Assembly (NCBI GenBank): GCA_051252135.1
Contig: JBPOGH010000009.1
Location: 96,001-160,000, forward strand
Direction of reading: 5' to 3'
Length of the DNA: 64,000 nt
From: Verrucomicrobiaceae bacterium
GTDB lineage: Bacteria > Verrucomicrobiota > Verrucomicrobiia > Verrucomicrobiales > Akkermansiaceae
A program made the position numbers and the translations under genes. This document shows, one piece after another, positions 39,212-46,920 of the stretch (within the stretch, counting starts at the first letter, position 1; each line of letters begins with the position of its first letter). Below the pieces are notes generated by a model that was given only the letters and a program-made list of their open reading frames with translations, was not told where the DNA came from and ran no database searches.

Positions 39212-40320
39212 GCTTTCGTTGGGTGAAGTTTGACCGGAGGCGACTTCATCACCTTGGAAATGAAGGGGGAGGTCATGGCGCGGAGGAGGGCGCTGTAGTC
39301 GAGCTGAAAGGAGACTTCGGTTCCGGGCTTGATGGCCCCGCGTTCTTTGCTCACGTCCAGAACGAGGTGATCACTGCTTGCCGCCAGGATAGGGAGACCG
39401 GAAGGGGGAAGGAGTCCGTCGGGGTCGATATCCTGTCGTCCGACTGCGAGAATGGCCTGGGAGATGGTGCCTTGATCATTGTTTGTGACCACTTTGCCAA
39501 AGGCGGATTGTGCGATCGTTCCCCAGGGCTTTGTGGGTTTGTTTTTCAACTCGATCACTTCTGCGACCAAGGTGATGGCATCGGAGTGCAGGCCATTGAT
39601 GGCTTTTCGGTGAAGTGGTTCACAGCCCAGAAGCATGGCTTCGCCCAGACGCAAATTGTTGATGCGGCCGGTATTTGCACCGCCCAATGCCCAATCAAGA
39701 TTGGCGGAATTTCCTCCGGAAACGGTGTTCACGATGGGGCCAAAGGTGGCATCGATCGAGTCCGCGAGCGCGGAGAGTTTTGCCATGTTATTCCGGTCCG
39801 GGGAGACCCCGCTGCGGCACGCAAGGTTCGTCCCGATCCCCATGAAGAGAATGTTTGGAAGCTGAAGCACGGCGCGCACTGTCTTTTCCAACATGGAGGG
39901 CATGATGCCTTCGCGAAGGTCGCCAAGCTCCACCATGAGCACGATCCCGTGGATACAGCGGGCCTTTTCAGCGGCCTCCGAGAGTTTGCGGATGATGGTG
40001 ATTTCGGTATTTAAACTGACATTTGAGACCGCCACGACCTGATCCACCTGACTCAACATCGGGGTACGGATGAGCGTCATGGAGGCATTGATCTGAGCGG
40101 AGCGCATGCGGCTCATGTTCTCGACCCGGGAATCACCCAAGCCGGTCACGCCTGCTTTGAGCCATGCTCTGGCAATCGCGGGAAGGCCCAGAGTTGCCTT
40201 GGTCACGCCGGTGACAGAGATGCCTTTGTCTCCGAGACGGGTGACGAGGGTCCGGGCATTGTGGGTGATCTTGTCGAGATCGATCTCCAGGCGCGGTGAA
40301 GGTGTTTGGTCTAGTTTGAT
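39208..40320 (-). CDS. Alanine/ornithine racemase family PLP-dependent enzyme (probable ATC start)
   Basis: PRLEIDLDKITHNA...VTGVTKA (PLP Lys), DSRVEN, ELGDLREG, GIGTNLAC, SGGNS, SSDHL. The conserved N-terminus lies upstream of the first GTG (40206). Confidence 0.85.
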   Translation of the reverse strand: MKLDQTPSPRLEIDLDKITHNARTLVTRLGDKGISVTGVTKATLGLPAIARAWLKAGVTGLGDSRVENMSRMRSAQINASMTLIRTPMLSQVDQVVAVSNVSLNTEITIIRKLSEAAEKARCIHGIVLMVELGDLREGIMPSMLEKTVRAVLQLPNILFMGIGTNLACRSGVSPDRNNMAKLSALADSIDATFGPIVNTVSGGNSANLDWALGGANTGRINNLRLGEAMLLGCEPLHRKAINGLHSDAITLVAEVIELKNKPTKPWGTIAQSAFGKVVTNNDQGTISQAILAVGRQDIDPDGLLPPSGLPILAASSDHLVLDVSKERGAIKPGTEVSFQLDYSALLRAMTSPFISKVMKSPPVKLHPTKA

Positions 40321-41495
40321 GACTTTCCTCCGATCTGTGGGAAAGCGGAGAGGACCATCTCTACCAGTCGATCGGGTGATCGGGTCAGGGCGTCGCTGAC
40401 GGGGATGCCAAACTGCTCCTCGTATTCCGCGATGGAAGTGGAGACTTCGGCATCCGTCATGCCCTCGTGATTGAGGGTAAGGCCGATGACTTTCGTTTGT
40501 GCAAAGGTCTCTATGAGGTTGATCTCAGTGGCCGGATCAGGCATCGCCATGAGCTCGAAGTCACAGCGATGTGTTCTTTTGGGAGCGTGCTGGAGCACGA
40601 CGCCCTGGGGGCAACTGCCGCGGATGATGAAGCTGGAGGTGGAGTAGGCGGGGTGACTCAGGGAGCCCTGCCCCTCAATCAGGATCACGTCAGGATCCTC
40701 GTTTTCAAAGGCTTCGACAATGGTGGCTTCCAGTTCCCCTGCGCAGAACTGGGAGGGTACCGCATCAAGTGCGAGGCCGTAGCGCGCGCCTTGAATTAAG
40801 CCGGTCTGACCGGTGCCAATCATGACGGCTTTAATCCCGCGCTCGTTAAGGGCGCGGGTGAGGACGGTGGCGGTGGTGCGTTTTCCGATGGCACAGTCGG
40901 TGCCCAGAACGGCGATGCGCGGGCAGGTGACATTGGCGATGCGACCGCTAAAAACCCTGAGATGTTTCTTGTCACGAGGGCGTCGCACATCGCGAATGAC
41001 GACTCCGGAATCGGCTGCGGCTTCTACGAATTCCGGGTCATCGTTGAGGAATTCATGAAGGCCGTTTACGATATTCATGCCATACCTGATGGCTCTAATG
41101 ATCAGTGTTCTCTCGTCAGGCGAAAGCATGCCGCTGGCCGGAGCGATTCCGAAGATGAAGTAGTCGGGGATGCATCCGGCGTCCGAGAGGGCCTGGTCCA
41201 GGCTCCGGAAGATCGGGATTCCGTTCGGCTGATCGTCGAGAATTTTACCGGCGTCCTGACCGGCCTTTTTACTATCGATGATTGAAAGGATCTCGTACTT
41301 CTCCGAATGACGAACGAGGCCGTTGGCGGTTTTTCCATCGATTTCTCCAAAGTGACCCTCGCAGTAGACGATTGCTGTTTCCGAATGGGTTGAAGCGAGG
41401 ATTGCTTTTTCGGCGTCCCCACTTTGGACTGTCACGGGACTTCGAAAGTCGTCTGAAAAGATCGACCCGACGGGGGATTGGTTTGTTTTAGGCAT
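40311..41495 (-). CDS. DUF1611 family protein (DgcN-like, P-loop)
   Basis: GKTANGL, VNGLHEFL, GTDCAIGKRTT, GTGQTG, IEGQGSLSHPAYS; SD GAGGAG before ATG 41495. Confidence 0.88.
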   Translation of the reverse strand: MPKTNQSPVGSIFSDDFRSPVTVQSGDAEKAILASTHSETAIVYCEGHFGEIDGKTANGLVRHSEKYEILSIIDSKKAGQDAGKILDDQPNGIPIFRSLDQALSDAGCIPDYFIFGIAPASGMLSPDERTLIIRAIRYGMNIVNGLHEFLNDDPEFVEAAADSGVVIRDVRRPRDKKHLRVFSGRIANVTCPRIAVLGTDCAIGKRTTATVLTRALNERGIKAVMIGTGQTGLIQGARYGLALDAVPSQFCAGELEATIVEAFENEDPDVILIEGQGSLSHPAYSTSSFIIRGSCPQGVVLQHAPKRTHRCDFELMAMPDPATEINLIETFAQTKVIGLTLNHEGMTDAEVSTSIAEYEEQFGIPVSDALTRSPDRLVEMVLSAFPQIGGKSSN

Positions 41496-41600
41496 AGGCA
41501 CTCCTCGAGCTAGGCTCGGAGGAGGCGACGGGATCGTGTCGGCCGGAAGTGGCCAAGAGTCAACGGGAGGTCCCACCCAAGATGAACTGGTAAGACGGTC
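41496..41600 (-). promoter_or_regulatory. Candidate structured 5' leader (riboswitch-like) with SD-sequestering hairpin
   Basis: Minus strand CTCCT-C-CGAGC-CTA-GCTCG-AGGAG hairpin buries the SD; upstream nested stems GGTGGGA/TCCCGTC and GGCC/GGCC. Confidence 0.45.
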
Positions 41601-41667
41601 TTTTACCACAGTTCCGTGGCATGGATAGGAATAACTTTTTTGCTCTTCCGCTCGAACACTCTGGAGA

Positions 41668-43155
41668 TCAGCCCCCTAATGCCGCCCGTGTCCGTGCTAC
41701 GAGAGAGGTGTCTTTTTTCCCCGAACCCTGAAGCCAGAACACACTCGCGGCCAGGAACCGATCCCGCATGCCGGGAGAGATGCTGTGGTAATCTTCGAGC
41801 ACAGCGGAGCTGAACTTGTAGTCATGGGATCCGGTGCCCTTGAGGTAGATGAGGCGTTGAGCCTCCTGCATGAAGGGTTTGGGGTCTTTGGTTGATTTGA
41901 GGTAGGCGAGGGCTTTGCGAGCGGCGAGCTCTTTGTTGCCGCTGATTTCGGCGAAGATTTCCTCGATCCCGGGGACTCCTTCGACGGGCTCGAAGTTGTC
42001 GATGGCTACGCCATTTTTGATGCCGGCGCGGTCGCGGAACATCGTGAGGAAGGCGGCATTTTGGAGAAGGAGGAATTTGCGGGTGTCATCATTGAAGGTG
42101 TGTTGATGGGCATAGTGGAGGGCGTTGGTGGTGGTGCTGGCGTGGAGGGAAATGATGCCCGGCTGGCGCATGAGCATTTCCGAGGCATGCTGGAAGAGTC
42201 CGTCCCAGATTGATTGGGGGGAGACTTTTCGGTTGAGGAGATCAACCACTTTCCGGCTGGCTTCCTTCCAGGTTCCTTCCCGGAGAACCTGAAGCATTTC
42301 GGTGGTCGCTTCTTTTTTGAGGTCGCCCCGCTGCCAGTCACTTCGAATGGTTTTGAGGAGTTCTTCATTCAGGCGGCCGGGGAGGTCGGCCTCGTGATCG
42401 CTCTCCGCCGGGTTGCTTCCGCTGTGTTGTAAGAGGGCGTAACCAAGGGAGCGGAGGACGGGCTCGGAATGTTGCCAGCCTATGGCCTGAAGGGTGCGCC
42501 AGCTGTTGGCGACGTAGATGGCCTTGTGCCCGATGTCGCGGAAGTCGCGTGCGCCATACTTCACGAAGAGATCGAAAACTTCCTGGGCGCCGGCGGCCCG
42601 GGCCAAGCCTGCGGTGGCGGCGTCGACTTTTTCTTCGTCCCATCGGTCCATTCCTTCTGCAAACAGTTGGCGGGCTTTTGCGGCAGAGGGGACCTCGCGT
42701 TCTTTTACGGATGCGAGGGTCCAGTCCCCTTCCTGAACGTCGCGGGCCTGGGATGATTTGAAGTAGTCGAGGGCCCAGAAGATGGGGAGCCATCGGTCGG
42801 AGTCGGGGGAATTTTGGCTGGCGAGGTGGGCGGAGTTGACGACGAGAACGGCATGGAATTTGAAGCCGACGGGACGGGGTTGGATATTTCTGACGCCGGC
42901 GAGGAGGAGGGCGCTGAGGACTTCGCGATAGGTTGTCCCTTTCCGAATGCGGGCTGCCACTTCTTCCAAAAGTCGCTCACGCGGGGTCTCCTCCAGCAAG
43001 CGGATCAGGGGCTCGATTTCCGGGAGAAATTGAACCTGATGCGGGTTGAGTTTTACGTCCTCAGCGCCAAGCAGAGGAACTTTGGAAAGAAAACCCAAGG
43101 CCCCGGCGGCGGCACCGGTTTGGAGGAGGTGGCGGCGGGATGGCGAGAAATTCAT
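41668..43155 (-). CDS. Tat-exported conserved hypothetical helical protein
   Basis: SRRHLLQ twin-arginine signal; His motifs FHAVL..NSAH, GHKAIY, LHASTTTNALH, SHDYKF. Confidence 0.8.
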   Translation of the reverse strand: MNFSPSRRHLLQTGAAAGALGFLSKVPLLGAEDVKLNPHQVQFLPEIEPLIRLLEETPRERLLEEVAARIRKGTTYREVLSALLLAGVRNIQPRPVGFKFHAVLVVNSAHLASQNSPDSDRWLPIFWALDYFKSSQARDVQEGDWTLASVKEREVPSAAKARQLFAEGMDRWDEEKVDAATAGLARAAGAQEVFDLFVKYGARDFRDIGHKAIYVANSWRTLQAIGWQHSEPVLRSLGYALLQHSGSNPAESDHEADLPGRLNEELLKTIRSDWQRGDLKKEATTEMLQVLREGTWKEASRKVVDLLNRKVSPQSIWDGLFQHASEMLMRQPGIISLHASTTTNALHYAHQHTFNDDTRKFLLLQNAAFLTMFRDRAGIKNGVAIDNFEPVEGVPGIEEIFAEISGNKELAARKALAYLKSTKDPKPFMQEAQRLIYLKGTGSHDYKFSSAVLEDYHSISPGMRDRFLAASVFWLQGSGKKDTSLVARTRAALGG

Positions 43156-43209
43156 CCCTGAACCCTAGTGGGATTCGAGACTCAAGTCCCGCTCTAATCG
43201 GAGGTCTTA

Positions 43210-43409
43210 TACCAATCCGAGTTCCAAAAGAGCCAAATGAGTTTTAAAAGGTTTGAGAAGTGCGCTGCGCGATTTGGGGAAGAAGCCGGGCGCTTTTCAG
43301 CAATAGCGGCGTCGTTCCTCGGTCGTGGTGCCCGCACCACTCGCTCGTCATGCCTTGCGATTCCAGAAAATCGTTCCGGCATTTGGCTCTTTTGAAACTC
43401 TACTTGGTA
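43210..43409. mobile_element. TACCA...TGGTA MITE-like element, copy 2
   Basis: 200 bp; TIR core CAAAAGAGCCAAATG/CATTTGGCTCTTTTG; flanked by TTA/TTA. Confidence 0.88.
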
Positions 43410-43461
43410 TTACTCTTTCCTTGGAATCGGACTGGAAGTCCACGCAAGCTATCCGGGCTAA

Positions 43462-43680
43462 GAGGCCGTCTGAAAAAGTCCGAACGAGTGTTTTGATTTT
43501 AGTTCTTTGGGAAATGGCGGCAAAGCCGCGGGGGCGGAGGATGAACCCTGGCGGGCTGCGAGGCCTTTTCCTGCAGGTTTCGTTGTTCCTTGGTCGTTGG
43601 TGTTCACCAACTTCCGCGTCTCGCCTTACCTGAAGGAAAATTCCTTCGCAGCACTCATTCGCCCTTTTTAAGACCGCCTC
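43462..43680. mobile_element. GAGG...CCTC MITE-like element (IS5/IS1031-like ends)
   Basis: 219 bp; TIR GAGGCCGTCTGAAAAAG / CTTTTTAAGACCGCCTC; flanks TAA/TTA; interrupts an 87-bp duplicated fragment. Confidence 0.8.
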
Positions 43681-43754
43681 TTAGGGATAGGGCTCAAGGA
43701 GGGAGTGGAAGTCAAGCTGATGGGGCTGACCCCTTTTTCGCAGGTCGGCCGGAT

Positions 43755-44570
43755 CTACTCCTGCGGAATCTTCAGCACCTGCCCGATGCCAATCAAATTT
43801 GCATCGGCAATCTTATTGAGCTTCATCAATGCGGCGACGCTCACCTTGTACTTCCGGGCCACATAGGAGAGCGTATTGCCCCGCTTGATCGTGTATTCCT
43901 CATATTCGGGCTCTCCTTCAGACTCCTCCACGGGTTCTGCCTCCGGTTGCATCTCGGGCTTTTCAACCGTTTCCTTCTTGGGTTGTTCCTTGGGCTGCTC
44001 CTTGGGCTGTTCCTTGGGTTGTTCCTTGGGTTGTTCCTTGGGTTGTTCCACGAGAGGCTCCTCTTCTTCAACCATCGGCAGCGTCCTGTATTCGACAATT
44101 GGATAAGTAGTGGGATTATCAGGAAGAAGCGAATGAGAGGGAGGCATATCGTCGTCGTCGATGAGAACTATATTCTCGGCGGCAATCATCTCTTCCAGGG
44201 AGCTCTTTACCGTTGCCAACTCATTAGCGAGGCGCTGTCGTTCAACCCCTGCAACCTGCTCATAAGAGGCCAGAGCATCGACGGCCTTTTTATGGGTCGA
44301 AGACAACTCCCGGGTAAGCTGAGTAACGGTGGCATTGAGCTCCCCCAACTCATTGGAACTGCTCCCCTGCGCCCGGGTCTCGAGCAAATCTCCGGTTTGC
44401 GTCTGAAGCTTCCCTAACTTGGTCTTCACCTCCGAAAGCTCTGAAAACAATTGGATGACAACAATGAGAAGTCCGAAAGTAATCACGCCGAGCAAAACCA
44501 GGGCACTCAGGGGAACCTTTGGTCTCCGCCGCGCCTGGGACCCCCATTTCGTGCTTAATTCACCATTCAT
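43755..44570 (-). CDS. Membrane-anchored coiled-coil protein with C-terminal LysM domain
   Basis: N-terminal TM helix; PKEQ repeats; YTIKRGNTLSYVARKYKVSVAALMKLN..ANLIGIGQVLKIP. Confidence 0.88.
   Translation of the reverse strand: MNGELSTKWGSQARRRPKVPLSALVLLGVITFGLLIVVIQLFSELSEVKTKLGKLQTQTGDLLETRAQGSSSNELGELNATVTQLTRELSSTHKKAVDALASYEQVAGVERQRLANELATVKSSLEEMIAAENIVLIDDDDMPPSHSLLPDNPTTYPIVEYRTLPMVEEEEPLVEQPKEQPKEQPKEQPKEQPKEQPKKETVEKPEMQPEAEPVEESEGEPEYEEYTIKRGNTLSYVARKYKVSVAALMKLNKIADANLIGIGQVLKIPQE
43975..44048. repeat. 12-bp coding tandem repeat (EQPK x~6)
   Basis: TTCCTTGGGYTG units in tandem within the LysM linker. Confidence 0.85.
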
Positions 44571-44712
44571 ATCCTTCTATGGTGAAAGAGGTAGCGCGAA
44601 ACGGGACTCCCTGTCCAGCGGGATATCACTCTCTTGACTTTGTAAGCAACGGGATTCCTTGATTCCGGTGCGCCAATTTTTTCCAATCAGCTACCAAAAT
44701 ATGCCGGCATAA

Positions 44713-45113
44713 AACGACAAAGCCGTGGGCAAGGACTATGGGTTTTACTTTGGTCCGACTTCGAGCGGAACCGGAGTGGAAGTCCACTCAAGCTATCTAG
44801 GTTTTGGGATGGGGCTCAAGGAGGGAGTGGAAGTCAACCTGATGGGGCTGACCGCCGGAGTGGGGATTTGGCCGCCATCGATTTATACCACTCCGAGTTC
44901 CAAAAGAGCCAAATGAGTTTTAATAGGTTTGAGAAGTGCGCTGCGCGAATTGGGGAAGAAGCCGGGCGCTTTTCAGCAATAGCGGCGTCGTTCCTCGGTC
45001 GTGGTGCCCGCACCACTCGCTCGTCATGCCTTGCCATTCCAGAAAATCGTTCCGGCATTTGGCTCTTTTGAAACTCTACTTGGTATAAGATCCCGTTTCC
45101 AGCGCTATTCTGA
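44713..45113 (+). pseudogene. 5'-truncated C-terminal fragment of a DUF3750-like gene, interrupted by a MITE
   Basis: AVGKDY...PTSSGTG...GLKEGVEVNLMGLTAGVGIWPPSI|KIPF reads through once 44883-45085 is removed. DUF3750 assignment is from memory of the motif. Confidence 0.55.
44886..45085. mobile_element. TACCA...TGGTA MITE-like element, copy 3
   Basis: 200 bp, near-identical to copy 2; flanks TTA/TAA. Confidence 0.88.
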
Positions 45114-45180
45114 TCCGCTTCATCGCAAAGACGAAAATTCACTTAAAAGGTCTGTCCCCGGTCATTGTTTAGGACTTTTC

Positions 45181-45279
45181 CTGCGCCATTCTGCCCCGCT
45201 CGACCCCGCCATCAGATCATTGTGGTTACTTGGATTGGGGATCACTCGCCTCGTTGTATGCCAGGCGTAGTTTTGGTTG
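45181..45279. repeat. Left ~100-bp inverted arm flanking the low-GC PEP-CTERM gene
   Basis: Reverse complement aligns with 46013-46112 at about 67/100 positions with one gap (manual count). Confidence 0.6.
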
Positions 45280-45345
45280 CGTGAAATCGGCCTTAACTTC
45301 GTGCCATTCATGCCTAGCGTAGTTTTGGAGGGATAGGCCTTTTAT

Positions 45346-45969
45346 TCACGTACTTTTTCTTCTCCTTTTCACGATTGCAGTGAATCCCAGAAGGGATAAA
45401 AGAGCTGTTTCAGGCTCAGGAATGATGGTCATTGAAAGGCTCTGTATCTCTGTGCTCTCAAAAATCAAATCGTCGTCAACACCTCCTTCTAAAGAATTGT
45501 TTCTGACAGATATACGAGCATCCCCAAGGTTCAACGGCCAGTCATCTAGCGAACTTGGCACTTCAGAAATATCATCCCACAATAAAAAACCTTCAGATAG
45601 AAATTCCAAGCTTACAGACGAAAATGGCACATCATCACGCAAGCGAGTCCCTGCTGTGAAAAACACCCGAGATGTAAATACTCCAAAAGGTTCATCTGCA
45701 AATATTTGCACTTGAGGTAATGCAACCATTTGATCTCCGAGTTGAAGTTTAGAACTTGTTGGAAATTCGTAAAACTGACTGGATGATTCGCTAGAAGAAA
45801 CATACCCAATGTCAGGTGAGTATAATATGTCTATACTGAATTCATCACCAACATTTAACGAATTCCCATTGATTATTCTAGATGCCTTGGCGATGATATT
45901 AAAATTCACTAGAGCACCATACGAATTATTTAAGAAAAGAACAATAAAAGCGAAAGATTGGAGTTTCAT
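45346..45969 (-). CDS. Low-GC PEP-CTERM protein
   Basis: MKLQSFAFIVLFL signal; ends IPEPETALLSLLGFTAIVKRRRKST; sampled lines are 28-38% GC. Confidence 0.85.
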   Translation of the reverse strand: MKLQSFAFIVLFLNNSYGALVNFNIIAKASRIINGNSLNVGDEFSIDILYSPDIGYVSSSESSSQFYEFPTSSKLQLGDQMVALPQVQIFADEPFGVFTSRVFFTAGTRLRDDVPFSSVSLEFLSEGFLLWDDISEVPSSLDDWPLNLGDARISVRNNSLEGGVDDDLIFESTEIQSLSMTIIPEPETALLSLLGFTAIVKRRRKST

Positions 45970-46012
45970 TTAATGTAAATTGTTTCAATGTTATCAGGAC
46001 CGCCAAGCAGTT

Positions 46013-46112
46013 CAACTAATAAATATGCCGGGCATACAACGGGAAAGAAACTCCTCAATCCAAGCAGTGATCATGGTTTTATGACGGGATGCGGCGAGAG
46101 AGATTGGCGCAG
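46013..46112. repeat. Right ~100-bp inverted arm
   Basis: CAACTAATAAATATGCCGGGCATACAACG...CAATCCAAG...TGGCGCAG mirrors 45181-45279. Confidence 0.6.
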
Positions 46113-46187
46113 ATTGAGGGTTTTGAAGGGCGGTGCTGGAGGCAATGAGAGATGGTTGTTGGAGGTCTGACGGTGGGTTGTCGCTTA

Positions 46188-46388
46188 TACCAACTCTGAA
46201 AAGAAACTGGTAGAATGGTTTTTTTTTGGTCTTAAAATTAGTCTCTGCCAGCCGATGAGAGTTCCGGCGGTTTTTGCCGAATTTCTGCGTTGTTCCTTGG
46301 TTGTGGTGCTCGCACCACGCCTGCGTCACGCCTTGAACTTCGGCAAAACCCACTCGACCATTCTACCAGTTTCTTTTCTTCATTGGTA
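46188..46388. mobile_element. TACCA...TGGTA MITE-like element, divergent copy 4
   Basis: 201 bp; stem GAAAAGAAACTGGTAGAATGG/CCATTCTACCAGTTTCTTTTC; same central core; flanks TTA/TGA. Confidence 0.8.
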
Positions 46389-46499
46389 TGAGAATGTGAC
46401 AAGGAAGCGAGGCGTGGCGGGGATGGAAGAGCGGGCTGCGGGGAGATGTTTCTCTGAGGCGGAGTGCTGGGCTTGCCGGGGAATTTTGTGGGTGGGGTG

Positions 46500-46751
46500 A
46501 CCCAGCCCTTCGGACTGGGCTGGTATGCGGACGGCCCTTTGGGCCTGAGAGAGGGGAGTGCGACGTTACCTGTCTATGCGGTTAGATCGCACTTACAGCG
46601 CTTGTGGAATTGCGGGTGCGGGATACCAGGGCGTCGCTCCGCTTTGCCCTTCGCTACGTTAGGTCAGCCCGTTGGGCTTATGGGAGGGAGAGGACTGACG
46701 GACCAGGGGAAAGTTAGGTCAGCCCGTTGGGCTTATGGGAGGGAGAGGACT
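46500..46751. repeat. Cluster of REP-like palindromes including an exact 39-bp direct repeat
   Basis: CCCAGCCCTTCGGACTGGG hairpin; REP at 46625-46679; GTTAGGTCAGCCCGTTGGGCTTATGGGAGGGAGAGGACT at 46658-46696 and 46713-46751. Confidence 0.7.
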
Positions 46752-46772
46752 TTGAGAGGGTTGTGGGGAATG

Positions 46773-46803
46773 AAAAAGGCAAAGCACATCACTGCGCTTT
46801 GCC
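46773..46803 (-). terminator. Rho-independent terminator of the multiheme DUF6797 gene
   Basis: Minus strand GGCAAAGCGCA-GTGA-TGTGCTTTGCC-TTTTT. Confidence 0.7.
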
Positions 46804-46920
46804 AGTTTGGTGAGGGGGGCCTGAGGGTTAGGGAAACACTGCTTCAAGATGAAGCACGCTGAACGGTTTCATGGGTTTTTTAGCCAGGGAAGCTTCGCTT
46901 CCGAGGTGAGAGGCGCTTCC

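Noticed and set aside
43975..44048. Short tandem repeat as CRISPR or a phase-variation tract
   Set aside because: The 12-bp unit has no spacers and is a multiple of three, so it only alters linker length.
44651..44675. tRNA-3'-like fragment GATTCCGGTGCGCCA (also CTGCGCCA at 45181)
   Set aside because: No cloverleaf or canonical T-loop; too short to call a tRNA or att core.
44691..46041. Calling the 28-bp sites the chromosomal dif site or true attC sites
   Set aside because: No TTATGTTAAAT-like XerD arm and no complete attC hairpin could be built; kept only as unassigned recombination-like sites.
43194..46500. Small ORFs at 43194-43382, 43260-43496, 44834-45142, 44868-45071, 45988-46170 and 46012-46353
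   Set aside because: They lie within MITE or arm repeats and have no protein-like features.
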